Part shown: piece after piece, positions 50,001 through 63,090 of the stretch
Layout of the letters: each line of letters starts with the position of its first letter
Numbering within the stretch: position 1 is the first letter of the stretch
Source of the DNA: Lingula anatina
Lineage: Eukaryota > Animalia > Brachiopoda
DNA length: 64,000 nucleotides
NCBI GenBank assembly: GCA_051362555.1
Contig: CM120648.1
Span: 5,886,587-5,950,586 of the forward strand
Direction of reading: 5' to 3'
Translations under genes and position numbers: made by a program
The notes under the pieces: generated by a model
Databases searched by the model: none
What the model was told of the DNA's origin: nothing
Seen by the model: only the letters and a program-made list of their open reading frames with translations

Positions 50001-53000
50001 AGATCTTGTACTCAAGGCCACCTTCCAGCGCAATGGTTACTGTTCTTCTTACATTGCACTGTCTGAGATAAGAGGTTGAACGGGACTCTCATGCGCCACC
50101 AAATGTTTTTACAAAGGGCATGAACTTGTGAGCAGTACACTCCCCGACGTCGAGAAGTTGAAATATATGAACTTTAATTTGCCAGATCTATTTACATTAT
50201 AACAGTTGGCACACGGTAATTGCGATGGTGGTCACAATGAATGCCTCCTGTGCAGCCCCAGGGGAAAAGGAGGGGGACATCTTCGCGTTCATCGTCGACG
50301 GTGTTCTTGTTGGCATCCTCAGCTTCTGTGGACTGCTTCTCAACATTTTCTCCTTTGCCGTGCTTTGGAAGAAGCGAAGGACATCGACCACTTTCTTTTT
50401 CGTCTTGTTCCTGGCTGTTGCTGACAGTCTGTACCTCGTCCACAGCGCTCTCTTTCAGACGTTTCGCTCAGCTAATGAACACACGGGGGCGTTGAAGAGA
50501 TACCAAGACTTCTGGCCTTACATGGAACCGTTTGAGTACCCCCTCGGAATAATGGCGCAGACGGCTTCTACGTGGATTATAACTCTCATGGCGATAGACC
50601 GATTTATATTCACTCATTTCCCTTTCAGAGCGCATCGATGGTGTACCACAAAGAAAGCGGGTATAGAACTGGCAGTTTTGATTTTCTTTGATATTGGTTT
50701 CAACAGTACTTGGTTCTTTAGGCAGAAAACTATAGAAGTATGGGATTATTGCAGTAACGGCACAAAGCCCGTTATTGTTGCTTATGGTATCGGAGAATCT
50801 CGTCCCAGTCGTCTTGCACACACGGTACTCTACGAAACTCTCGTGTTTGGTCTACCGTTAGGTTGTTTATGTATTTTCAATGTTTTGTTCATAAAATTTC
50901 TTAGGAATCAGTCGAAAATTCGGGAAAGATTAACGAACTCGAATATCATAAAAACAACAAAAGATTCTGGAACTAAAGGCAAATCGAACGATCCGAAAAT
51001 CAAGCACAGGTCCCATGGGTCAGCGACACAGCACAGGATCACACTCATGTTAGTTGTCATGGTGATAGTATTTCTGGTTTGTCAGACGCCCATGTTCGTG
51101 AACCACGTGTTGTACGCAATGGAGGGTCGTGTGGAACTGGGTCCCAATCATCGGTATTACAATGTTATCACCAACTTTTTGTTAACATTTAACTCTGCCA
51201 CTAATTTCTTTATTTATTTATTTTTTGTGAATGGTTTCCTAAAAAGATGGAAAGGATTGTTATGTTTTTGGCGTCAGAAAGCAGGCACTTGCAATCTATG
51301 CGTGCGTGCTTCCGCGTCTGTTGAGGCGTCGGTGCATGGTTCGAGGAAAACTACTTTCTTTGTCGCATTCGAGGACAAAACGCCGGTTAGAAAGACCCCC
51401 GTTCATCGTTCAGCATTTGTACTAGATGGCAGCTGACTAATATGACATCGTGTGGTTAGAGTGTTTGCCTCCGGAGCGGGAGGGCGCGGGTTCAACCCAA
51501 TCCGGAGGCATACCAGACAGTCCTTTATGAACGGCGCCTACTGTCTCCCCGCTTGGCACTCAGCATTTAGGGGTTGAAGCAGGGTCCTGGTCAGGCATTC
51601 AACGATAATATAAGTTAGCTAGCTTTCAGTGCCTTATTCTTCAGCGGCGCTGTATCCTTTCCAGAGAAGCGAGATCGTCAACACAGATCGTGATGACCAG
51701 GCGTCAAACTGTATTGTATATGTACTGCAATCTATTGTACTTGTTGTAAAGTCTACTGAAAAAATTAGAATTCAGACTTTAAATAAATATATTAATTAAA
51801 TATATATTATTGTTATTATTATTATTATTATTTTGTCTTCTCTCCTGCGAAATTTCGGCCACTTATCTTAGTGCACTGTGTAGGACACTGGTGGTTCCTG
51901 CAGCGGCGGGATTAGGTCATGTTGAGTGAAGAAGAAGCGTGGACTATATGACGCAAATGTATTCAGAAAAATAGCTTATTCAAGGAAAGATGATGAAAGA
52001 CCTTTTCATTGATTGCACGCTATGGATTACGTTACCTGGAGGCAAATTTATTCTTATACTAAAGTGTGTCAATCACGTTGTGGAAAGGAAGTGATGATGT
52101 TTTCGAAATATGACGCAAATTCACAAAAAAAGAAAAGAAAGAAACTCACAATTGAAGAAAAGATTAGGAAAGGCATTTCCATTGATTGCACGCTATGCAC
52201 AGTATTTCTTTACCCGGTGGCAAATATATTCTTTTACTCCAGTGTGTCAGTGCTCTCATTAATTGCGTGTAGATGTGTATGCGACGGCACGTTTACTTTT
52301 GTTTTGCAGGCCCTTTAGCAATAGTGGCAGTATGTTTATTTTGTCAGATAGAAGAGGTAATCATCATTTTCTCTCCATTTTTTGAGGATGTTCATGTATA
52401 TAATGACCACCCATCAATGCTATGGTCATATACTTTTCCTACAAATTCTTTTCCATTATCCTTGCCAAATTTATCTTAGTTATACAATATGTTATAATGG
52501 ATATGTAATATTGCCATGTAAAGTAAGGCTAATGGATACAGTTTGAAGGGTAAATTTAAAATGCTTTAAGTGTGTTCTCAATAGATTTTTTTACTTGAAT
52601 GAAGTCATATGCCCTGGTCTCCGTGTCTTCCATTTCTGAATGCTAAATTAATTTAGAGGATCGTGTTCTGAACCTACGTGACAGCAATGCGCGTATGGCA
52701 GCGCTTTTCGTGAATAAAACATACACAACATTATGTTTGTCATCAGTCTTTCATGAATTTCCTTTAGTTTTTATCTTTTTCTTTTCTTTCTTAATTTATT
52801 TATTTATTTTTTTAAGTAAATCTATTTTTTCTCATTTCCGCTTTTCAGCCATTTGACTCGGATCAAAGTGTCATTTGAGTATTTAGGATTCTTTCTGGGA
52901 TTTGTAAAGAGCTAAAAAATTGGGTATTTCCGTCTATTAAGGTCGGGGAAATCATGCCATCCAAATATATATCATCATTCGCCCACTTAAAATTAGTTTA

Positions 53001-54750
53001 AACACATTTAGTCAACTACGTGTATAACATACATAGTCCAGTTGCATGCGATTGTTCGTGTTCATTAGCTATTATGTTGTTTCTGACGCTGCAATGTTCT
53101 TTGTTAAAAGATTATTAGCTCCAGTTTCTTACGCAACATGCAAGAGAGATAGAAAGATGAATAAATAGATAGGTATTCACATGCCGAAAAAACTCAACGA
53201 GCAGCTGAAAAAAGGGCTTTTAACTACACATTCTACAAAGTTCCGGACGTAAACTTGACCTCCAGTGCTTAAGGCACAAAAATTAAGCAGAAATTATGTG
53301 TGCAAATATAGCTTTTCGGGAAATAAGGTTATTAGTTTCTACAGTAATTCTTAAATAAATATTTGGAACACTATGGAGGGAACTCTATAATCTGACAGGT
53401 ATATTACATCTATATTTTATTTTATTATTATCTTTTTTATGCAATTTATTTTTTAAAATCTCCCTCGGCATTTAAGTCTGCAAAGAAATGAGGTCATGAG
53501 ACAAGGGATACGCCCCCCTTTCCCCTTTCCTCACCCCCTTCCACGCCCCCCCCCTTTCCCCTGGAGGTCCACTGTTGTGGCACTTTTCCATGAAAACTCG
53601 TTCTTTGCTTCTCTCTATTGGGTATAATTGATATAGATATATATATATATATATATATTTTTTTTTCAGTCCATCTGCAGGGCAAGACGATCCAGTGTGA
53701 AGGACTACTTTTTGGCAGGAAGAAGTGTCACGTGGTGGCCGGTAAGGACTTTTTGCTAGCATGCTTGCAACCATGGCAACGAGAGTTATGGCGCTGTCAC
53801 ACTTGTATAGCGAAAAGCACAAACGTATGCGTATCTATTCTTATACAGGGGTATACACGGTACTCGTACGCTATAGTCTATGGGCCAAAAACCGAGAGGG
53901 GGAGGAGGGCCTATATGGGCCCATAGACTACTATTCGTACGTTGATGTACGGTCTACTTACTATAAAGTGTTGATACATGCGTGTATTCGAATGCTCTTC
54001 ATTCACACGCTACTCATATGGACGTTACGCTGTGCAAATTCATTATCCATGCGCTATTTATACGATACTTATATTTCCAAGAGGGTGATTTCATACGTTA
54101 AAAGTTGTGCGTATAATCGATTTCACAAACGATACCCGTACGTCCGTCTATACGCTACGTGATGACAAATTTTCGGCTACAATCGATGGGCCAAAGGCGT
54201 GTAACACGGCTGCTTACTATCGCTGTTTTACTTCAGTGCTTAGAAAATTTGTGAAATATATTGGATAAGTGAGGTATTGGTGCTTTCCAGTGTACGGATC
54301 ATATCATGCATCATCATTAGTTTAACAGGTTATTTACACGTATGAGGTCTGTTCACATATTTCACATCAGAGTTGTTAACAGCTTCAGAATGTTGTACAT
54401 GTACGTTGTATCTCACGCGTGGGCATTTCGGCTTAAATTGTTCGTGCCGATTAAATGTACCGTACCGTCCCTTATGTGCCAGGCTTAATATAATGTCCCA
54501 GAATGTCCTTGCCAGTCGGGTGTCGAGCTCCTTTTAATCCTTAAAACCAATATAACACTTTGGACCAACTGAACTTCCTACCGTCTTCCGAACATTATTT
54601 ATATGTTTTACTGTTTCTGTTTTATAGTGGTCTGTACTGACAATCAATAAAATATTCTGCTATTAATATAAGATATATATTACATGTATGTATAACACAA
54701 GTAGATTAGAGGGCCTGTAAAATGTACTGAAACATTTTAGTGATCAATAA

Positions 54751-54793
<43 letters not shown>

Positions 54794-57700
54794 TTATCAT
54801 GAATTAATATAATTTGTTTCTTTTTATTCAATTAATCTTGTAGATTGGGCTTTCATTATTTGCAAGTAATATCGGCAGTGAACATTTTGTTGGACTCGCT
54901 GGAACTGGTTCTGCTTCTGGCTTTGCCGTCATCGCGTTTGAATGGAACGTAAGTTTGACTTCCTTCTCTTCTTAAACCTGCACAGCCGCCCTATATCTTT
55001 TCTACTCTTCCCTAATGTTATCTATTCCCCTTTCCTTCATCTTTCCTAGATGTCATTCAGGAGACATATATTTATATACAAGTAGGAAACCGGGGGAGAC
55101 TTGTGGCGGAAGTAACGTCTAGTGGTGTAAGACGTGAGGCTATTAATAGGGCCAATGAATCACCCACATATGGTTATTTTCCTCATCTTTGTAGTAATAT
55201 TGCTTAATACAAATTATATCTTCTTATAACTGTATCTTTAAATGTTCCAGGCCATCATCCTACTGTTGATGCTGGCTTGGATCTTTCTACCCATGTATTT
55301 CGCCAGTGGGGTAAGTACATATCCTAGTATATGGTCACGTATGTGGCTGGCAGAGAAAAGAACAATTAAAAACTTATTCATATGATGTCCAAACCTTACC
55401 ATCTTAATTTTAATTTAAGCTTCATGAGTACCTAATGCTGCAAAGACAATTAATTGACATAAAATAAACAGAACTATAATATAGTCTTAATTTTAACGCA
55501 CTCACATGCTGCTTGCTGCTCCACTAGATAATTCTCTAAGACAAAAGACACCACATTTGACAAGCCGATACCATTACTATGTCTCTTCTAATGGCAATCA
55601 TATAATTATATGAACTGGACCAATTCCTTTTTGGAGAAATGACCCTCCATTCACTTCAATAATACAAACCTTATTTCGTTCTCTTTTTTCTGTCAGATCT
55701 ACACCATGCCGGAGTACCTGTCCCGCAGATACGGTGGCCAGAGACTGAGGATATACCTGAGTGTGCTGGCCCTCGCTACCTATATCTTCAACAATATATC
55801 CGTGAGTTTAAACGAAAGCCTATGTATACTACATATTTACACACGTTAACATGTTCTGACATTTGCTTTATTATTGTTCTACTAGTATTCTCTCTTGGTA
55901 TATCAGTGCATCGATTGCGTAAATGGCAGCCATAATAATTTTGCCTGCCATATTGGACGAACTCGCGTGTCGCCCTGCATAATATTCTGATGATTGCATA
56001 CAACATTTTTTGTACCTGTCTGCTTCTAGCCTTTTTTATATCCTTTTGGAACGCTCTGGAACCTGCAATTGTATATGATCGAACAACAAACATGCAAACG
56101 CATTGTTCCATCTCCAGTCATTTGCCGTGGTTCTGTTCGCATCATTCCCCATTTCCCTATTGTCGGTTCCGATTAGTGTAATTGATATCATCTATCTGCT
56201 GTATCTCGTTATATATTTCATTGTGTTTTTTTTTCCAGTGGATCACGACATTTAAAGGTTACATCACTATTTGTTAATCTGAGTTTCAAGACGTGTGGAT
56301 CTCTCGCAGTTTTTTTTTTTTTTTTTTTAAGTCTTTAGAAACTTTCGATCAAATAGCTAAACTAATAAGTAGTTGTCATCTAGGAACCGTAGTCTGTTCC
56401 CCATTACTTTATACAGGTGACATTTGTGCCATATACTAACCCCAATACTCCGACTAGCCCTTACCTCTACTAATCATAACGGACCCGGACTTCCGGTACT
56501 TAGACTGAAGCATTTTAGATTAATCAAGCATTCTGTCCTATATTTTTATTATTATTATGATTATTATTTATGTCATTTCCCAGGTTGACCTGTACTCCGG
56601 GGCTGTCTTCATCCAGCAGTCCATGGGATGGGATATCTTTGTCTCTGTGTTCATACTGCTGGGGATTGTGGGTCTCTACGTCATTCTAGGTATGACGTCA
56701 TAACGCTCAGATTTAAAGACATTTTTGGGTAGCTATCTTGTAAGAGTGTGCTTAGAGTAAATGCAATTCTTTTTGTTACGTCTTTTAGCCGATATAAGCC
56801 CTTCTAGGGAAATACGCATGCTTATGTACAACATCATCTTAGATAAATCTGTATTTCTGTTGTGTGGTATATCTTATCTTAATTAGATTAATATGCAAAC
56901 AAATTTTCCTTTGAAACAGTATTTTCAATCATTTTATGGATTTAAATAATTATGCACAGTTCTCCTATTTTATAAGTTCTAGTACATGAAGTTATTTTTG
57001 TAATCTATTTAAATTATATTCATTAACGTTCAATTGTTATAATTTCCGCCTTTTAGGGGGTCTAAATACCGTCATTTTCACGGACGCGGCGCAGGTTTTT
57101 ATAATGCTGATAGGATCAATCATTCTTGCTGTAATGTGTAAGTAATGGACGCGTTACTTTAATTGAAATCTCGTATCATACTCGGGTAATGGCTCTTGTT
57201 TTAAAAAACATGAAAAAATAAGCTCAGTACAGTTTGTAACGATGCAATTTAAAAGGATACATAGTCACCTCGATTGGAAATAATAAGTTATTAGTTATTA
57301 TTAGTTGAAAGACTTTACTAAATAAACTTTGGGATATTTTTTTTTCAAACGTTGGGGAAAACTTCAGCCAAACTGATAGGACTCATATGCTAAGAATATT
57401 GCCTTGAGTGCTACTTTTGGCAATGGCATTTCTTTGATGTAGCTGTTTGTAGGGTAGAACTTAACTGCAGGAGAGTGATAATCTCTTCCCACCCGCATAT
57501 TTATATCTCTTGACTCTGTCTGTCTTTGCGTAATTTTCGCACGTCAAGAGTCATCATGATTAAGTGTGCTTACCGCTGTTTAAACGGTTGCTGAACAGCC
57601 AGTAGATGTACATCTATACTTCATCATTGCAATATAAGGCTTCTTAACTTCTTACCTTACCTTTGCTATGATTGCGTCAGTGATTAATGGTTTTCTAAAA

Positions 57701-60700
57701 GTATCCGTATAATATATTATTCTTCGCAGCCAATTTAGTATTGGACTAAAGCCTCATTCCCATATACACTATTGGCCTACGTGGAGCGGTCCAACTCTGT
57801 GGGAACTCTCGCTGATTGCAGTCAGCTTCACTGAATGACATGCCTCCTCCTGGCGTTAACTGTTATATAGAAAAGCCGATGATTACACGAGTATGTAGCA
57901 AACTAGAGGAGGCCTGTCATTCAGTTAGGCTAATTGCACTCAACGAGAGTTGGGTCGGTCTACGGTGGTGTCTATGACAACTTGGCCTGAGTCGTATCCC
58001 AGAGGGCTCCAATAAACATGTTGTGATAGTGTGCGTGGTCTGCCTCACATTCGCATCATGTGGGAAAACAGTCACCTTTCTGTGTATTCGTAGGGCAGTT
58101 TGAAAAATAAAGCCTTCTTGCAAACAAGTTATTTATTATAAAATGGTCAACAATCTAGATAACCTTATTTTGCAACATAACCAATCTATCCAAGTTATTT
58201 GTAACATGAGTAAAAAACAGGACATTTTAGATTATATTACTATTATTATTATTAATATTATTATTATTAATAATATTATTATTATCAACTGAAATGTGGC
58301 AAATGACCGAGCTGTGAAATTATTCCAGCATTTATTCGAGTTGGCGGATGGGAGGCTTTATATACAAAATACATGGCGGCCGTTCCATCATCCGTCCTCA
58401 ACCAAACTTTCAACATAACCGCTAGGTGCGGTTTTCCAAGAGAAGACGCATTCCATATCTTCAGGGACCCGGCTGGAAAGGACTACCCTTGGATTGGGCT
58501 CATGTTGAGGACCTCTCTGGTCGGCATGTGGTATTGGTGCGCCAATCAGGTAATGCCACGAAGCTTGGAGCACATGGTACATATTGGAATGTTACACTCC
58601 GGCGTGGCAATGCCATGTTTTGGGGTCTTTTGGTGTTAAAACACAGATTTAGATGGTGTGTGACGTACCAACGGAAAGCTATATGTAGTTCAGACTTATA
58701 TTGTTTTGTTGTTGGGCCTTGTAGTGGAGGTATATCTTCTACATTGGACACTAGCACGTCCCCATAAAGACACATTCCAGTTCTGTTATCAATCCATATT
58801 TAATAAAGCATAATTCACTGTCTGTGCAATTTTAGCAGATTTTTTTCTGCATTTATCTGTAATGAATGTTGCACTGTCGAAAACGCATATAATGTATGAA
58901 CCCTTTTCACATTTCCACTGTCACCTAGAGGTGTTTCTCTCTCCAGGTCATAGTACAGCGTAGTCTAGCCGCCAAGTCCATCACCCACGCCAAGGGGGCC
59001 TCCATACTGGCCGGCTACCTCAAGATTATCCCGCTCTTCATCATGGTAATGCCGGGGATGATAGCCCGAGTGCTGTTTCCAGGTGATAATTTTTTTTTTA
59101 CTAATTTATTTATTTGTTTATTTATTTTGAGTTTAAAATTGAAGTTTGTTCAGAAGACTTTACACAAGTATACTAGTATACTCAGTATACCGGTTTGTGA
59201 GCATAGACGTTGCACAAACGGTTCTTCAAGTCACTTCATAATACCGCCGATTCTGGCAACGATGAATTATAGCCGTTTTTCAAAAAGGAAAAATGTCTTC
59301 CGCCAGCAAATCGATTCTATGTGCAGTTTTTGGCTGGCTGGATCTGTTTTGAAATACGACCCTAGTTTTTGATTACCAGAATCGTTTTTAGTACAAATTG
59401 AATTCCTGGGGCGTCCATGTTGATTTGTGACTTGAATATAATATATTTCTCAATAAAATTGAACTAATGCTATGATTTGTTAATAGTTGTACACTGTTTT
59501 TCATTTCTAAGAATATACATATATCGATTTGTTGATAAATTAGAAGAGAAACGTGTGATAAAAAGGCTGTCGGTAGTCACATGTTATCAATGTCTACGTT
59601 GTGTTACAGATGAGGTTGGCTGCGCCACACCAGAAGCCTGTGAGGCGGTGTGTGGTAACACAGCTGGCTGTAGTAATATAGCCTACCCCTTGCTCGTACT
59701 GGAGGTGCTACCGTTAGGTGAGTGTGTTGGTACCGATTACTTATTGATAATTATATGATAAAAATATTTCTTCATGTTTCTGAGCTTTGACATTTAAACC
59801 CCTGGCATATAAATGGTTAATGTGCGCATATGCTTGCGCGCGCACGTGTGTGAAGGTTATCAACAACGACAGGGACAGGGCAAAGGGCTCAATTGATAAA
59901 GTCGAGATAGCGAAAAAAAGCTGATAATAAGATTGATTCACAGCTGTATACTGTATATCCCCTAGGTCTGCGCGGCCTGCTGCTGGCCGTTATGATGTCG
60001 GCCGTGGTCAGTACTCTGACGTCAACATTCAACAGCGCCAGCACTGTCTTTACTCTAGACCTCTGGAGGAGATTTAGGAAAAGAGCTTCGGACGTAGAGA
60101 CGTTAATAGTCAGCAGGTAAAAATATTATTTCTTCATTTTATTTATTTATTTATTTATTCATTTATTTATTCATGGTCAACGGCAGAAAATATTTCTTAG
60201 TTGATTTTGATTTTATTAAACTTTATGGCGATGACAATTTCTTATAATGCACCTCATGATCGACCTCAAATTAAAAGTTACAGGATTGTAACCTAAGCTT
60301 ATCATATAATACAATGTCTTGAGAACTTTTCTCCAGGTTTGATGATGCATTGATATTTCCAGGATATTCGTGGTAATCCTCTGCGTCCTGGGAGTGTTGT
60401 GGATGCCGATCATGCAGAACGCACAGGGAGGGCAGTTATTCCAGTACGCCACCGCCATAACGGGGTACCTTCAGGCTCCTACCTGTGCCGTTTTCATCAT
60501 GTCTGCCTTCTGGTCCAGGGCAACAGAGCCGGTGAGTACAAGAACAGGTTTGCTAACAGCGTGCCTAGCAAACACAGAGCATTATTATAACGTTACCGTA
60601 ACGTTAATATGACCAAAAAAACGTTATTGTAGCATTATAATAACGTCCTGTGTCTTTTTCTCCAATGCGCATTGTTTATGTTATATGTCTAGTAGATGGC

Positions 60701-62111
60701 ACAAATGGTACTGCGTCCTTGTTTTCCGAAAGCCATTTTATTTCACGCCCTTCGTGCGCATGAGAAGCCGAAAAACTTCTCAGTGTCGAGTAGATGAATG
60801 TATAGTAAATTATAATGATTGTATACACCTCTTATGCTGTGTTATTTTACCTCTAGGGTGCATTCTACGGTATGCTGGGCGGACAGCTAGTGGGCATCGT
60901 GCGGTTTGTTCTGGACTTTGCTTATGACGAACCTAGCTGTGGAGAGCCAGACACAAGACCCCCCATTGTGTCACAGATACACTACCTGTATTTTGCGGAA
61001 ATCCAGATAGCCGTGGCGCTCTGCATCGCCATACCTATTAGCTATATGACCAAACCATTGCCTAAAGAAAAGGTATGTTAGTGTTCGTGCGTGTGTGTGT
61101 TTCTGCGTGTGTGCGTGTGTAAATGTATGCAAATCATTTAGGAAATCATAGAATCTGAGCGCATATTGACGCACGGATAGGGAAATTGTTAATATAATAC
61201 CTATGAGTATTTTCAGTTTTTCAATCGGATGCTGTTAAATTCAGTCCAAGTTTAAAGAGATTTCACCCTGTTTGGCCGTCTTAGACAGCTTACATAATGC
61301 ACGAATCAATAGCCATGTGTTATTTGATAAAAGATAAATAAAAAGATTAATTCATTAATATGTTCATTGCAGTTGGCTGGGTTAACTTTCTGGACGGTGA
61401 AGGATAAACTACAAGAACATATCGCCCGAGCTAACGTGACGTCAACCAATCTGGAATACACTGGAAACGAGGCTAATGTCAAGGACGTTAGTGAGGACAA
61501 GGTCACCTTTGAGGTCGAAAACAGCACAAGCGACGAACAGGAAAATGACCTTAATTTGGATATTGAAAAAAAGGAGGAAGCGCCAGGTGAACTTTTTGTA
61601 CAACCTTTGCAGAAATATGTTTAGCTTGTTACATATTCAGCGATAGAGAAATGCATTTCTCGACTTTTTATTCAATCATTTGATCGTCGAATCAGTCAAC
61701 CCATCAGTAGGCCGAAGTCGATCAGTAAATGAATCTATCAATGAGTCAACCGCATGCAACAAGTTAATTTTTGTTTTTGTTAAACGACTTGAATTCGATC
61801 ACGAGTGTGATGGGTTGTGACAGTAATACTTTTTCAGGAACAGCTGTCCGCATTGTGTTGATTGCGTTTGAGGTGATCCCAATTTGTTGACGGCGCTTTT
61901 TGTTTTCTTGCAACTTCCAGAGCCGTCTTGGCGGCTGTGGCTCCGCAGTCTATGTGGCCTACCACCCAAGGGGTCAGCACAGGCCCACCACCACTCCCTG
62001 AAACTGGTCCCGATGTCACTGGACGAGACGCCATTCTGGCGGAGGATTACCAATATGAACGCTGTTGTCATTTTGGTTGTATTGGGCTTTTTGTACGGCT
62101 TCTTTGCCTGA
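47021..62111 (+). CDS. SLC5 sodium:solute symporter, SGLT/SMIT (sugar/myo-inositol) subfamily, 15 exons, ~674 aa
   Basis: Exons 47021-47110, 53670-53741, 54844-54948, 55251-55310, 55697-55801, 56584-56689, 57057-57137, 58329-58549, 58947-59082, 59610-59717, 59966-60116, 60363-60531, 60857-61072, 61373-61586, 61921-62111. All GT-AG, 2025 nt. Motifs [61 protein letters not shown]. Confidence 0.93.
48114..48261 (-). repeat. Inverted copy of the dispersed ~150-bp repeat
   Basis: Reverse complement aligns with 4329-4469 (ggttagggtt, aaaatctagggcg, cttacctgt, ctctctgtcac). Confidence 0.72.
50225..51436 (+). CDS. Intronless class A (rhodopsin-like) GPCR, FMRFamide-receptor-like / peptide- or chemoreceptor-type, nested in SLC5 intron 1
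   Basis: 403-aa ORF with seven hydrophobic segments; TM1 GLLLN, TM2 LAVAD, TM3 AIDRF..HFP, TM6 FLVCQTP, TM7 NSATNFFIY; N-terminal NAS sequon. Confidence 0.92.
   Translation: MVVTMNASCAAPGEKEGDIFAFIVDGVLVGILSFCGLLLNIFSFAVLWKKRRTSTTFFFVLFLAVADSLYLVHSALFQTFRSANEHTGALKRYQDFWPYMEPFEYPLGIMAQTASTWIITLMAIDRFIFTHFPFRAHRWCTTKKAGIELAVLIFFDIGFNSTWFFRQKTIEVWDYCSNGTKPVIVAYGIGESRPSRLAHTVLYETLVFGLPLGCLCIFNVLFIKFLRNQSKIRERLTNSNIIKTTKDSGTKGKSNDPKIKHRSHGSATQHRITLMLVVMVIVFLVCQTPMFVNHVLYAMEGRVELGPNHRYYNVITNFLLTFNSATNFFIYLFFVNGFLKRWKGLLCFWRQKAGTCNLCVRASASVEASVHGSRKTTFFVAFEDKTPVRKTPVHRSAFVLDGS
51444..51700 (+). mobile_element. tRNA-derived SINE (Meta-domain-like core) directly after the GPCR stop
   Basis: Pol III box A-like tggttagagtg and box B-like ggttcaaccc, followed by ctccccgcttggcactcagcatt, which I recall as a MetaSINE-type core. 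3' end approximate; an (ATT)n tail lies near 51805-51832. Confidence 0.65.
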
Positions 62112-63090
62112 TGAACATTTGGTTGCAACAAAACCTTTTAGGTATCTTCTAAAACAAATTGATTTCAGAGGACGAGACGTTTGCTTTTTAACTTAACAGA
62201 ATATCTAAATTGCTGTAGTAAGTTCTATTTATGCCGATAAACATGTCTGTTGCTTGCAGAGATAAAATTTCCTATCGATTTAAGGGAACAAGTCATTTAT
62301 TTGGACCTCCTTCTTCAATGTCCGGCGCCCATAACACATTGGCTGCAGAGATCCTTATTAACTCAGAAGGAAAAATAACGATCTTAGTGGCAGCACCGGG
62401 CGCTTAAATTAATAATAACTTAAGAGTTCAAGATCTTAAGAGACCTTTCAAGCACCCGCTAATTACGATGTAATCTGTACTTAATTCAACAATGCTGGAT
62501 ATCGAGTATCTTTTCACCATAAAGTTCACGTATATGAAGACAGTGAACAGGGTATTTGCATAAAGTCCTCGCTGTCTTTTCAACAGATGGTTTTGTTTTG
62601 TTCATCCTTACGTCAATGCAGTGATTGTTTGTCATACACAAATACGCCGGTGTCTACACGTAATACGCTGGGGCCGGGGGCCTTCATTAGAAAATGAATT
62701 TTCTTTGTGTTTGCTGCCAATTGTTGGATAGTTAAAAGAGCAGATGTTAGTTTTTCCAGCAGAATTATTGATTTGTATACCTCCTGGGGGGAGGTAACAT
62801 ACCATTTCGCTACCCCGAAATTGGTCTTTCCACGTGTCCTCAAAACACTCACTGTGGGGATTCTGATAAAGGCTCTGAAAGGTCCGAATTGCTGTTTTCC
62901 CATACCCATCAGATCTTTGCAGCAGAACCCAACAGCGGAACTTAGAGTTAAAGACATTTGAACTGCTGCAAAATCAAGAACAAATCAAAAATAGACTTTT
63001 TCCAATTATTTCTTTCCACTGAAGCTGGAAGTTGCAGTTGGAAGACAGTTGCTTTATTTTTGCTTCATTTTTAAACAGCAAGGAAACGAA

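Noticed and set aside
50225-51436. Nested GPCR as the missing 7TM of the array ectodomains
   Set aside because: Opposite strand and class A motifs (DRF, NFFIY), not family B/adhesion type.
51444-51520. tRNA gene
   Set aside because: Box A/B present but no complete cloverleaf; continues into a SINE-like body.
53761-54162. 133-aa Tyr-rich ORF in SLC5 intron 2
   Set aside because: Low-complexity tatacg-rich sequence with weak inverted ends, probably a decayed MITE; no protein motif.
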